Assembly (NCBI GenBank): GCA_007378955.1
Contig: VMGY01000007.1
Span: 8,644 to 72,643, forward strand
Direction: 5' to 3'
DNA: 64,000 bases
Source of the DNA: Parcubacteria group bacterium Athens0714_12
GTDB lineage: Bacteria; Patescibacteriota; Patescibacteriia; UBA2591; VMGY01
Shown here: positions 46,762 through 56,401 of the stretch, one piece after another
How positions within the stretch are numbered: position 1 is the stretch's first letter
Layout of the letters: each line of letters begins with the position of its first letter
The notes under the pieces: generated by a model
The model's database searches: none
Seen by the model: only the letters and a program-made list of their open reading frames with translations
What the model was told of the DNA's origin: nothing
Translations under genes and position numbers: made by a program

Positions 46762-47259
46762 ATGTTTGCTTTTAAAAAAGCTCAAACCTTAATAGAAGTT
46801 ATCACAGTTTTGGGAATTATTACTATGGCCTTAGTGGCTATTTTATCATTAGGCGCGGCGAGTATTAATTTCAGCGGGCAAAGCAAAGAAGAGGTAATCG
46901 CCAGTAATTTAGCAAGAGAAGGGATAGAAATATTAAGAAGTTTTAGGGACGATAATTGGCTTATTAATGAAGATGCTTTTAAAAATTTGGATGATGGGTA
47001 TTGGGTAATTAATTATAATGATCCAGGGTTGGAAGATTTAGCGGATTCAAACGATATAAGCGCTTGTGCTAACTGCCAGCTTTATTTTAAAGAAGGTTTT
47101 TATAATCATGATTCCGAGGGTGTGATTACTCCTTATAAGCGCCTTATTAATATTATTACTAACGGAGATGGCAAAAAAGTGATTTCTCGAGTTTCATGGA
47201 TCGCGAAAAATCAAACCAAAAATTTTAGCTTGGAGACTTATTTAACTGATTGGCGATGA
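46762..47259 (+). CDS. Minor pilin, PilV-like
   Basis: AQ/TLIEVITVLGI, A..LAREGIE.LR..RD.NW, C-terminal YLTDWR; start reset to ATG 46762. Confidence 0.82.
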   Translation: MFAFKKAQTLIEVITVLGIITMALVAILSLGAASINFSGQSKEEVIASNLAREGIEILRSFRDDNWLINEDAFKNLDDGYWVINYNDPGLEDLADSNDISACANCQLYFKEGFYNHDSEGVITPYKRLINIITNGDGKKVISRVSWIAKNQTKNFSLETYLTDWR

Positions 47260-47819
47260 ATAAAAAAATGGGAAATCATAATTCAAAAGGTTTTACTTTG
47301 GTTGAAATGTTAATTTCAGCCGCTATTTTAGCAATCATCATTGTTAGCGCTTGCGGCATTTATTTGTCTACCGTTGGTTCGCAAAAGAAAGTAGGGCGAA
47401 TGATTAATATTTTGCAAGACGCGCAATTTGTAATGGAAAGCATGGTAAAAAGAATAAGGTCGCTGGAAATTGATTACAGCTATACTTATAATTTTGACGG
47501 AGATACGGGGATTAACGGCGATGAAGCGGAATTGGCCCTTAAAGACATGTCCAACCCTTTATTTCATTTATATTACAGGTTAAATGGGACAAAGCTGGAA
47601 CAAAATAATGGCAGCGGCTGGCTACCGGTCACGATGTCAACTATAGAAATTAATTCTTTAAAGTTTTATATTAATCCCGTAACTGATCCTTTTCGGCACA
47701 GCAGTCCGGGCAGCAAACAGCCAAGAGTTACTATTGTGATAACGATGAAGCCATTACAGGGCGAAGATTGGCTGGTTTTACAGCAGACTATTCCGCAGAG
47801 ATTCACCCAAAAAAAATAA
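47256..47819 (+). CDS. Minor pilin, PilW/PulJ-like
   Basis: KG/FTLVEMLIS, LKFYI.P, QPRVTI, LQQTI..R. Confidence 0.85.
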   Translation: MNKKMGNHNSKGFTLVEMLISAAILAIIIVSACGIYLSTVGSQKKVGRMINILQDAQFVMESMVKRIRSLEIDYSYTYNFDGDTGINGDEAELALKDMSNPLFHLYYRLNGTKLEQNNGSGWLPVTMSTIEINSLKFYINPVTDPFRHSSPGSKQPRVTIVITMKPLQGEDWLVLQQTIPQRFTQKK

Positions 47820-47829
47820 TAATTTAAAA

Positions 47830-48582
47830 ATGGAATTTAATAATTTAAAAATTCAACAAAAAGCATTTTCTTTATTAATGGCGATTTTGATATTAAGCAT
47901 CATGCTAACAGCTGTTTTGATAGTCAGCGATATGATGCTTCGCCAAGGGAAAATAATGAAAAATATTACTACTTCGGAAAGAGCGTATCTTGCCGCCGAA
48001 GCAGGCGCGGAAAGAACTTTATATGAAATAAATAAAGCAAGGCAGAAGAATATAAACACCGAGCTTTCAGGATGCTGGTGCGGAGTTGATTGTAATAATT
48101 GTCAGATAAATTATTCTGATAGCAATGCCCTGTGGCAGGTTATAAGCATAGTAGAGGACAAAAAAACCGTCAGCGATCCTTTAGAAGTTAGCTTGGCCGA
48201 AGGAGAATCTTTTCAGTTAAATTTAGATATGGCGGGAGCGACTTATCCTGATAAGTCTGGAGATGATTTGGTTTTTGAAAGAATATCGGGGAGCGCGGGC
48301 GGGTTGATTGTTTTTAAAGAGAATAAAAGCACCGGGGAAGTTATCCAATATGGCCCTGATAATAGCACTCCTACGAGTACGGATTTAGACATTGCTAATT
48401 ATTATTATATATTTAAAATTCGCAATCCTTTAGGTAGCGGCGAATTAATAAATTATCAAGTTAAGCCATTAGGCACTGAAAATTTAGCTGTCGGTGTAAC
48501 CGCGATTATTTCTTCTGTTTATAAGGGAGTTGAGCGGAGAATTGAAACTAATAATTCAAAATGGCAGATTTACGGGCAATAG
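47830..48582 (+). CDS. PilX-like minor pilin
   Basis: AFSLLMAILIL, S.RAYLAAEAGAE..LY. Confidence 0.78.
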   Translation: MEFNNLKIQQKAFSLLMAILILSIMLTAVLIVSDMMLRQGKIMKNITTSERAYLAAEAGAERTLYEINKARQKNINTELSGCWCGVDCNNCQINYSDSNALWQVISIVEDKKTVSDPLEVSLAEGESFQLNLDMAGATYPDKSGDDLVFERISGSAGGLIVFKENKSTGEVIQYGPDNSTPTSTDLDIANYYYIFKIRNPLGSGELINYQVKPLGTENLAVGVTAIISSVYKGVERRIETNNSKWQIYGQ

Positions 48583-48604
48583 TTGGCCGCCTTTAAAATT
48601 TATT

Positions 48605-48743
48605 ACTTTGAATTACGAAACACTTAAAACTAAACCGTCATTGCGAGCGAGCCAGCAAGTATGCGAAGCAGGAATTTCGTCAAAAGCGAAATTATTTAAT
48701 AGGGCGAGCAATGACACCTTTGGAGCGTTTCGTAATTCAAGGT
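48605..48743. mobile_element. 139-bp MITE-like element (ttgaattacgaaa TIR family), TATT duplication, with nested GTCATTGC...GCAATGAC repeat
   Basis: actttgaattacgaaac (48605-48621) / gtttcgtaattcaaggt (48727-48743), 16/17; TATT at 48601-48604 and 48744-48747. Confidence 0.78.
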
Positions 48744-48777
48744 TATTAAGAAATTAAAATTAATTAATTTTATCAAT

Positions 48778-50211
48778 ATGCGCAAAAAAATTGTATTTTT
48801 GGCTGGCATCTTTCTTTTTACAGCCGTGATTTTAGGTTTGTTTTATTACTATGGTTTTTTAAATTTTTCCGGAAATGAAGCGCGGGCGGTTTCCACGGAT
48901 AATACCATCGGCTGGGCCTGGAGCGAAAATATCGGCTGGATTTCTATGAATTGCTATAATGATTTTGATGGCAATGGTACTTTAGAAACTCATGCGAGCA
49001 ATCCTAACTGTAGTAATTCTATCTATGGAGTAAATATTGATTTAATAAATGGACCGGTTACTGGTTATGCTTGGAGTAAAAATATCGGCTGGATTAGTTT
49101 TAATTCATTAGATTTAACTGGTTGTCCGGTTGGTACTTGCGAGGCAAGAGTTAATTTAGGAACTAAAGCGCTTTCCGGCTGGGCAAAAATTTTAAATTTA
49201 GGAGAAAATGGCTGGTTGAGGTTACAGGGGCCTGTGGTTGCGGCGCCTGCTAGTTATGCTTTGTGTCGGAATTGTATGGGAGGCAATTGCGATTTTTGTT
49301 ATGAGTTAAGCGCTAATAGTGGAAGCGGAAAAATAGGAACCGCGTGTAGTTCTTGCGCTGGCACGCCTCCATCTTGTGGTAGTTGTAGTAATATTTATCA
49401 ATACGGGGTTTCTGCTTTACCTTACTCAATTAAAGATTTGGGAAATAGATATGTTTTAGAGGGCTGGGCTTGGAACGGGGAAAAGGACGCGGCAGTTTCT
49501 GAAAAACCTATTGGCTGGATTCATTTTAATTATGCTTACGCGAATGAAAATCTTCCTTTTAGTTTTAATAGTTTTACTGCCACGCCTTCCCAAGTTCCCC
49601 CTCCCAGCGCTTGCATCAGCGCGGATTTAAGTTGGGAGCTCGCTTCCTGGTCTACTGGCTATGAAATAAAGAAAGCGGATAATAGCGGTTTAGGTTATAA
49701 TGTTTCGCAAAATTGCGGCGCCTTGCCAGCCGGCGATTACTCCACGATTATTCCGGTTAATCTTTCAAATTGCAGCGCTATTAGCTGTTTATACCAAGAT
49801 TCTACTTTAAGAGAAAATAGATATTATTGTTATAAAGTTTTTGCCCTTAATGACAGTGGTTTAATAGAAAATACCGATGGTCCTAAACAAGTGAAAACGC
49901 CTCTTTGCGCGCCTTCTAATTTAACTGCTATTGAGACAATTTGCGGCGAGATTACTTTAAACTGGAGTGATAAAGCCGAAGAGACTGGTTATAAAGTTTA
50001 TCATAGTCTCGCGGATACGGATTCTACTTCCACGGCTACTTTAATTGCCACTTTAGGAGCGAATATTATCTCCTATAAAGATGAAGATATAATTCCGCGT
50101 AAGACTTATTATTATTTACTTACAGCTTTGACTAACACTGATGAATCCCCGCCTTCAAAAATTTCCGCCGAAACTCTTTGTTACAAAGGCGCGGAATGGG
50201 AAGAAAAATAA
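48778..50211 (+). CDS. Cys-rich surface protein with GWAWS..IGWI repeats and fibronectin type III domains
   Basis: GWAWSENIGWISM, GYAWSKNIGWISF, GWAWNG...IGWIHF; APSNLTA...ITLNW.D...ETGY...TYYY. Confidence 0.8.
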   Translation: MRKKIVFLAGIFLFTAVILGLFYYYGFLNFSGNEARAVSTDNTIGWAWSENIGWISMNCYNDFDGNGTLETHASNPNCSNSIYGVNIDLINGPVTGYAWSKNIGWISFNSLDLTGCPVGTCEARVNLGTKALSGWAKILNLGENGWLRLQGPVVAAPASYALCRNCMGGNCDFCYELSANSGSGKIGTACSSCAGTPPSCGSCSNIYQYGVSALPYSIKDLGNRYVLEGWAWNGEKDAAVSEKPIGWIHFNYAYANENLPFSFNSFTATPSQVPPPSACISADLSWELASWSTGYEIKKADNSGLGYNVSQNCGALPAGDYSTIIPVNLSNCSAISCLYQDSTLRENRYYCYKVFALNDSGLIENTDGPKQVKTPLCAPSNLTAIETICGEITLNWSDKAEETGYKVYHSLADTDSTSTATLIATLGANIISYKDEDIIPRKTYYYLLTALTNTDESPPSKISAETLCYKGAEWEEK

Positions 50212-50276
50212 TAAATATAATTATTTTTAAAAAACCTCCTCAAAAAGGAGGTTTTTTGTTATAATAAAAGAAAAAT

Positions 50277-52286
50277 ATGTTAAAGCAAGAAGCAAAACAA
50301 CGAATAGAAAAATTAAAAAAAGAAATTAATCACCATCGCTATTTATATCATGTTTTAGACAAACAGGAGATCAGCGAGGCGGCTTTGGATTCTCTAAAAC
50401 ATGAACTTTATAAATTAGAGCAACAATACCCGGAATTTATCACTCCTGATTCACCAACTCAAAGAGTGGGCGGCCAGCCGTTAAAGGAATTTAAAAAAGT
50501 AGAGCATAAAATCAGGATGCTTTCTTTGCAGGATGTTTTTGACGAGCAAGAAATTGAAGATTGGCAAAAGAGAATTAAAAAATTAATTCCTAATGAAAAA
50601 TTGGATTATTACGCGGAGGTAAAAATGGACGGCTTGGCCGTAAGCTTGATTTACAAAAAAGGAATTTTTTTTCAAGGCTCAACCAGAGGCAATGGAATTA
50701 TCGGCGAAGATATCACTCAAAATCTTAAAGTGATTGAAGCCATACCCTTGAAATTAGAAACAGAAAATTTTTTTAAAGAAATGAAAAAAAACCTTCCGGA
50801 AGAAATAGAAATCAGGGGCGAAGTTTTTATGAGTAAAAAAAGTTTTGGAGAATTGAATAAAATTCAGAAAAAAAATAATCAGCCGCTTTTTGCCAATCCA
50901 AGAAATGCCGCCGCCGGCTCTTTAAGGCAATTGGATTCCAAAATTGTTCTTTCCCGTAAATTGGATTTTTACGCTTATGATTTGGTTGCTGATTTAAGCC
51001 AAAAGACGCATCAAGAAAGCCATCAATTGGCAAAGTTGCTCGGCGTTAAGGTAAATCCTGAAAGCAGATATTGCCGCGACTTAACGGATGTCGCGGAGTA
51101 TTATCGTTATATCGGAAAAATAAGGCAAAATTTGCCATATTTGACAGATGGCATCGTGGTTAATGTTAATAATATTTTTCTCTTTAAAAAATTAGGCATC
51201 GTGGGAAAGGCGCCAAGAGCCGCTGTTGCCTTTAAATATCCCGCCGAGCAAGCAACCACCATCGTGGAGGATATTATCATTCAAATAGGCCGGACCGGCG
51301 CTTTGACTCCGGTGGCTATTTTAGAGCCGGTGAAAGTGGCCGGTTCCACGGTTTCCCGCGCCACTTTACATAATGAAGATGAAATTAATCGTTTGGGAAT
51401 AAAAATAGGCGATAGCGTCATTGTCCAAAAAGCAGGCGACGTTATTCCTGATATCGTCAAAGTCTTGCTTAATTTAAGAACAGGCAAAGAAAAAAAATTC
51501 AAATTTCCCAGCCAATGTCCGGTTTGCGGCAGCGCGGTCATCAGAAAAAAAGGCGAAGTCGCCCATTATTGCGCTAATAAAAATTGTTTCGCCCAAAATA
51601 AAGAAAATCTTTATCATTTTGTTTCAAAAAGCGCTTTTGATATCAAACATTTGGGCCCGAAAATCATAGACAAACTTTTAGAAAATGGATTAATTGAAGA
51701 CGCGGCGGATATTTTTAAATTAAAACGAGGCGACCTTGAGCCGATAGAAAGGTTCGCGGAAAAATCGGCTGTTAATTTGATAGAAGCGATTAATCAAAGC
51801 GGAAAAATTTCTTTGGCGCGTTTAATTTACGCTTTGGGTATCAGGCACATAGGCGAGGAAACAGCTATTGATTTGGCCGATTATTTCGGTTCTTTGGAAA
51901 AAATAAAAAACGCGGGCGAGGAAGAATTGAAATCAGTTCAAAGTGTCGGCGAGGTGATGGCGAAAAGCATTTATGAATGGTTTAGGGATAAAAAGAATTC
52001 GCGATTATTGGATAAATTATCAAGAGAGATAGAAATAGAAAATATAAAAGTTAAAAAATTAAAATTAAAAGGAAAAATTTTTGTTTTAACCGGCAACTTG
52101 CAAAGCATGACCCGCGAAGAAGCAAAAAATAAAATCAGAGATTTGGGCGGCGAGATTTCTTCTTCGGCGGGCAAAAACACTGATTTTGCGGTGGCAGGCG
52201 CGGAACCGGGTTCCAAATACGAGAAAGCGGAACGGCTTGGCGTAAAAATAATTGGCGAAAAAGAGTTTCTTGATATATTAAAGTAA
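50277..52286 (+). CDS. ligA: NAD-dependent DNA ligase
   Basis: SPTQRVGG, EVKMDGLA, EIRGEVFM, ANPRNAAAGSLRQLD, ATLHN, Zn finger, BRCT. Confidence 0.99.
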   Translation: MLKQEAKQRIEKLKKEINHHRYLYHVLDKQEISEAALDSLKHELYKLEQQYPEFITPDSPTQRVGGQPLKEFKKVEHKIRMLSLQDVFDEQEIEDWQKRIKKLIPNEKLDYYAEVKMDGLAVSLIYKKGIFFQGSTRGNGIIGEDITQNLKVIEAIPLKLETENFFKEMKKNLPEEIEIRGEVFMSKKSFGELNKIQKKNNQPLFANPRNAAAGSLRQLDSKIVLSRKLDFYAYDLVADLSQKTHQESHQLAKLLGVKVNPESRYCRDLTDVAEYYRYIGKIRQNLPYLTDGIVVNVNNIFLFKKLGIVGKAPRAAVAFKYPAEQATTIVEDIIIQIGRTGALTPVAILEPVKVAGSTVSRATLHNEDEINRLGIKIGDSVIVQKAGDVIPDIVKVLLNLRTGKEKKFKFPSQCPVCGSAVIRKKGEVAHYCANKNCFAQNKENLYHFVSKSAFDIKHLGPKIIDKLLENGLIEDAADIFKLKRGDLEPIERFAEKSAVNLIEAINQSGKISLARLIYALGIRHIGEETAIDLADYFGSLEKIKNAGEEELKSVQSVGEVMAKSIYEWFRDKKNSRLLDKLSREIEIENIKVKKLKLKGKIFVLTGNLQSMTREEAKNKIRDLGGEISSSAGKNTDFAVAGAEPGSKYEKAERLGVKIIGEKEFLDILK

Positions 52287-52375
52287 AAAATACAGGATTT
52301 ATTTATAGTAAGACAGACGAAATTTATCGCCAGAACTTCGATTTGGCTACGGACAAAATTAAGAATAAAAATAAT

Positions 52376-52473
52376 AAAAATGCCGGTTTTTAACGGCATT
52401 TTTTGGGGAGTGGGAATTTTTTTAAGCAAAGGTCTTTTGCTGCGTTCCCACTCCCTTTTTACTAAGGAGGTAT
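52376..52473 (-). ncRNA. Candidate ~100-nt small RNA
   Basis: Minus strand TTGACA-17-TATTTT promoter, 5' ACCTCCTT, stem gggagtgggaa/ttcccactccc, terminator tgccg..cggca plus T run. Confidence 0.35.
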
Positions 52474-52536
52474 ATTTAAAAATACTTTATTACGGGGGAT
52501 TTGTCAAGACTTATTTTTTATATTATACTTTAATTT

Positions 52537-52818
52537 ATGCTTACGATTCAAATAGTTGAATATATCGCTAAATTAGCCCGTTTGGGCCTGAATAAAAAAG
52601 AAAAAGAAAAATTCGGGGAACAGCTTTCCAAAATTTTGGATTTTGTCGAGCAATTGCAAAAAGTAGAAGTTAAAAATATAGAGCCAATCGCCCAAATTAC
52701 AGGTTTGGAAAATAGAGAAAGAATTGATGAAGTGGAGCAATTTGCCGGTGAAAAAAAATTATTAGATTTAGCTCCTGATACGGATAACGGTTATTTTAAA
52801 ATTAAAACCGTTTTTTGA
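52537..52818 (+). CDS. gatC: Asp-tRNA(Asn)/Glu-tRNA(Gln) amidotransferase subunit C
   Basis: VEYIAKLARL, QLSKILDFVEQL, R.DE, AP....GYFK. Confidence 0.95.
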   Translation: MLTIQIVEYIAKLARLGLNKKEKEKFGEQLSKILDFVEQLQKVEVKNIEPIAQITGLENRERIDEVEQFAGEKKLLDLAPDTDNGYFKIKTVF

Positions 52819-52874
52819 TTTATTTGTCTAAATTTTTAAAATTGTTTTAGTGGCTAAAAAATAGTAATAAATTC

Positions 52875-54305
52875 ATGATGTTAAATAAATTGACAATTAA
52901 ACAAGCCCATCAAGGCCTGATTGATAAAAAATTTTCCAGTTTAGAATTGACCGAAGATTGTTTATCGGAAATTAAAAAAAGAAATAAAAAAATTAATGCT
53001 TTTATCTCTATTGATTCGGATTTAGCTTTGGAAAAAGCAAAAGAAGCGGATAAAAAAATCGGGCAAGGAGTTGAAATTGGTGTCTTGGAAGGCATTCCTT
53101 TGGCGATTAAAGATAATATTTTAATAGAAGGAATAAAAACGACGGCTGGTTCCAAGATTTTGGAAAATTATATCGCTCCTTATGACGCGACCGTGATAAA
53201 AAAGTTGAAAAACGCCGGCGCTATTTTTTTAGGAAAAACAAATATGGACGAATTCGCCATGGGGTCAAGCACGGAAAACTCTTATTTCGGTCCGACAAAA
53301 AATCCCAGGGATTTGGAGCGCGTGCCCGGAGGCAGTTCAGGCGGCAGCGCGGCCGCGGTCGCGGCGAATTTTTGTTTGGGCGCTTTGGGGTCTGACACAG
53401 GCGGCAGTATCAGACAGCCGGCTTCTTTTTGCGGCATAGTCGGCTTTAAGCCCACTTACGGCTGTGTTTCAAGATATGGCTTGATGGCAATGGCGTCTTC
53501 TTTGGACCAAATCGGGCCTTTAACAAAAAATGTGGAAGACGCGGAAATTTTATTTCATGAAATTAAAGGGAGAGACGGCAAAGATTCAACAAGCATTGAA
53601 TTAAATTCAAAACTTGAAATTAAAAACAAATTCAAAGTCCAAGGCATTAAAATCGGAATTCCTAAAGAATATTTTATAAAGGGAATGGATAAAGAAGTTG
53701 AAGAAACATTAAAAAAAGCGATTAAAAAATTTGAAAATTTGGGGGCGAAAATAGAAAAAGTCAGTTTGCCTCATACTGATTACGCTTTGGCTTGTTATTA
53801 TATTATTATGCCTTCCGAGGTGAGTTCTAATTTAGCCCGTTATGACGGTATAAAATACGGCTATTCGGCGAAAGAAAAAATAAAAGATTTGCTTGATGTC
53901 TATTTGCGGTCAAGAGAAAAGGGCTTTGGCGATGAAGCGAGAAGAAGAATAATGCTGGGAACTTATTCTTTGTCTTCGGGATATTATGAAGCGTATTACT
54001 TGCAAGCGCAGAAAATTCGTGCTTTAATTAAAAAAGATTTTGTTCAGGTTTTTAATAAAGTTGATTGTTTAATCGCGCCCACTTCTCCCACTATTGCCTT
54101 TAAAATAGGAGAAAAAATTGACGACCCTTTAAAAATGTATCTTTCGGATATTTTTACGATTTCCGCCAATTTAGCCGGTTTGCCGGCAATATCTCTGCCG
54201 TGCGGCTTGGTTAATAATTTGCCGGCGGGATTGCAAATAATCGGAAATCAATTTGAAGATGAAAAAGTTTTGGCAATCGCCGATATTTATGAACGGTCTG
54301 AATAA
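52875..54305 (+). CDS. gatA: Asp-tRNA(Asn)/Glu-tRNA(Gln) amidotransferase subunit A
   Basis: GKTNMDEFAMGSSTENS, PGGSSGGSAAAV, GSDTGGSIRQPA, SSNLARYDG, RRIMLGTY. Confidence 0.98.
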   Translation: MMLNKLTIKQAHQGLIDKKFSSLELTEDCLSEIKKRNKKINAFISIDSDLALEKAKEADKKIGQGVEIGVLEGIPLAIKDNILIEGIKTTAGSKILENYIAPYDATVIKKLKNAGAIFLGKTNMDEFAMGSSTENSYFGPTKNPRDLERVPGGSSGGSAAAVAANFCLGALGSDTGGSIRQPASFCGIVGFKPTYGCVSRYGLMAMASSLDQIGPLTKNVEDAEILFHEIKGRDGKDSTSIELNSKLEIKNKFKVQGIKIGIPKEYFIKGMDKEVEETLKKAIKKFENLGAKIEKVSLPHTDYALACYYIIMPSEVSSNLARYDGIKYGYSAKEKIKDLLDVYLRSREKGFGDEARRRIMLGTYSLSSGYYEAYYLQAQKIRALIKKDFVQVFNKVDCLIAPTSPTIAFKIGEKIDDPLKMYLSDIFTISANLAGLPAISLPCGLVNNLPAGLQIIGNQFEDEKVLAIADIYERSE

Positions 54306-54332
54306 TTTAATAATTTTAATAAAATAAATTTT

Positions 54333-54938
54333 ATGACAGAAAACAACCAGACAAAATTTTCCTCAAAATCAAATTTCTTTTTTGGTTTTTTCGCGGGCTT
54401 AGCCATTTTCAGTTTAATTGGTTTTCTAAGCCTGTCTTTTGCCTTTAAGAAAGCCAATAACCAATCAACAATTGGTAAAGAAAATCAAGAAACCAATCAA
54501 GATAATAGCCAGCAAGAAGTAAGTCAAGGACCTAAAATTATCAGCAGTATAGGCACATTTGGCGAGGTTGAAAGCGAAATTTGCAAAGACGGAGACAAAC
54601 CAATAATCAGATTATTTTCTTCCACTACCTGTCCCCATTGCGTTTGGATAAAGAAAACTTTTGACAAAGTCGCCAAAGAATATGTTGGCACAGGCAAGAT
54701 TAAAGCTTACCATTGGGAGCTTGACCAGCAAGACAATACCTTGACTGAAGAAAAAGAAACGCAAATTCCCGATTCAGAAATTAAAATTCTTACGGATTTT
54801 AATCCCGAAGGATATGTCCCGGTTTTTATTTTTGGCTGCAAATATTTCAGAATTGGCACTGGCTATGAAAGAGAAAATGATTTAGCCAAGGAAGAAGCGG
54901 AATTTAAAGAAATAATTGACGAACTTTTAAAATCATAA
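54333..54938 (+). CDS. Membrane-anchored thioredoxin-fold protein
   Basis: N-terminal TM, CPHC motif, cis-Pro-like YVP. Confidence 0.78.
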   Translation: MTENNQTKFSSKSNFFFGFFAGLAIFSLIGFLSLSFAFKKANNQSTIGKENQETNQDNSQQEVSQGPKIISSIGTFGEVESEICKDGDKPIIRLFSSTTCPHCVWIKKTFDKVAKEYVGTGKIKAYHWELDQQDNTLTEEKETQIPDSEIKILTDFNPEGYVPVFIFGCKYFRIGTGYERENDLAKEEAEFKEIIDELLKS

Positions 54939-54954
54939 TCAAGCATATTTGTTT

Positions 54955-55794
54955 ATGCTGAATTTTTTTCATACCTATAATCCATCGCCGATAATCTTTC
55001 AAATCAGCAGAATAGCTTTTTATTGGTATGGCTTATTTATGATTTTGGGAATGCTATTCGGTTTATTTGTAATTTTAAAATTAGCCAAACTATATAAAAT
55101 TGAAAAAGAGAGAGTTTTAGACCTCTCTTTTTTGTTGATTATTTTTGGCATTATCGGCGCCAGATTATTCGCCATTTTTTATTATTGGGATTATTTTTGT
55201 AAATATCCTTTGGACGCGTTTAAAATTTGGCAAGGCGGATTGAGTATTCATGGCGCCATCATCGCCGGCATAATAGTTTTATTTTTTCATTTTAAGCGCC
55301 ACAAAGATTCTTTTTGGCTTTTGGCCGATCTGATTGTCCCAGGCTTAATTTTAGGTCAGGCGATAGGCAGATGGGGTAATTACTTTAATCAAGAATTATA
55401 CGGAAAGCCAACCTCTTTATTTTTTGGAATACCCATTAGTTTGGCGAATAGAGTTTTTGGTTATGAAAGTTTTAATTATTTTCATCCCGCGTTTTTGTAT
55501 GAATCAGCTTTAAATTTAATCATTTTCGCCGTTCTAATTTATTTACACAAAAGAAGGCTGAAAAATAATAAAAAAACAGGAGAAAATATTTATGGCGGCA
55601 TTTTTTTGGCTTATTTGATTTTATATTCCGTTAATAGATTTTTCCTTGAATTTTTAAGAATTGATATCCAGCCGGCATTTTTGAGCCTGCGTTTCGCGCA
55701 GTGGATAAGTTTATTGATTGTCGCGATTAGTTCTGTTATAATTATTAATAGGTGCCCCATGCTTTTTGTCTCTAAAAAAGGTCACAAATCCTAA
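54955..55794 (+). CDS. lgt: Prolipoprotein diacylglyceryl transferase
   Basis: WYG, IGARL, IWQGGLSIHG, GQAIGRWGNYFNQELYG, HPAFLYES, RFFLEFLR. Confidence 0.97.
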   Translation: MLNFFHTYNPSPIIFQISRIAFYWYGLFMILGMLFGLFVILKLAKLYKIEKERVLDLSFLLIIFGIIGARLFAIFYYWDYFCKYPLDAFKIWQGGLSIHGAIIAGIIVLFFHFKRHKDSFWLLADLIVPGLILGQAIGRWGNYFNQELYGKPTSLFFGIPISLANRVFGYESFNYFHPAFLYESALNLIIFAVLIYLHKRRLKNNKKTGENIYGGIFLAYLILYSVNRFFLEFLRIDIQPAFLSLRFAQWISLLIVAISSVIIINRCPMLFVSKKGHKS

Positions 55795-55863
55795 GCCATA
55801 ATGGCTGGATAAAAAGATCGAATTAGTATTGCAAAAAGAATCTAAGAAAAGACTTAAAAAAAC

Positions 55864-55895
55864 AAAAACCAGTCGTTAAAACGACTGGTTTTTTT
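55864..55895. terminator. Bidirectional intrinsic terminator
   Basis: aaaaaccagtcgtt-aa-aacgactggttttttt. Confidence 0.8.
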
Positions 55896-55938
55896 GTTGC
55901 GCGTTTATCGTATACTAATTCGTATAATTAAATATTAA

Positions 55939-56016
55939 TGGCGCAGCGGACGGGATTCGAACCCGCGATCTCCGCCGTGACAGGGCGGCGCTTTAAGCCA
56001 GCTAAGCTACCGCTGC
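55939..56016 (-). tRNA. tRNA-Asp(GTC)
   Basis: Anticodon arm ccgcc-ctGTCac-ggcgg; GGTTCGAATCC; CCA. Confidence 0.96.
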
Positions 56017-56018
56017 TT

Positions 56019-56381
56019 TTAGGTTTTTAAATAATCTTGTTTGGCAAATTCAATAATTTTATTGAAAACAACAGGATTATTTTCAGCTAAGTCGGCTAAT
56101 ATTTTTCTGTCCAATTTAATTTTAGCTTTTTTTATTCCACCGATTAATTTGCTGTAACTTAATCCTTGTTCTCGGCCGGCGGCATTGATTTTAATCAGCC
56201 ATAAGTTCCTTGATTCTCTTTTTTTATTTTTTCTATCGCGATAGGCGTAGACACCCGCCTTTAAAACAGCTATTCTTGCTAATTTAATTTTATTTTTTCT
56301 TCCGCTGCGATAGCCTTTAGCCGCTTTTAGGAGCTTATTTCTTTTTTTAAGATGAATTTTACCTCTTTTTACTCTTGGCAT
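56019..56381 (-). CDS. rplT: 50S ribosomal protein L20
   Basis: MPRVKRG, AKGY, AYRDRK.KKR..R.LW..INA, LDRKILADLA. Confidence 0.98.
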   Translation of the reverse strand: MPRVKRGKIHLKKRNKLLKAAKGYRSGRKNKIKLARIAVLKAGVYAYRDRKNKKRESRNLWLIKINAAGREQGLSYSKLIGGIKKAKIKLDRKILADLAENNPVVFNKIIEFAKQDYLKT

Positions 56382-56401
56382 AATATTATATTAATTTGAG
56401 T

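Noticed and set aside
52406-52455. SRP RNA or known riboswitch
   Set aside because: Lacks the SRP domain IV GNRA/AGCAG motif and any aptamer consensus I recognise; kept only as a generic sRNA candidate.
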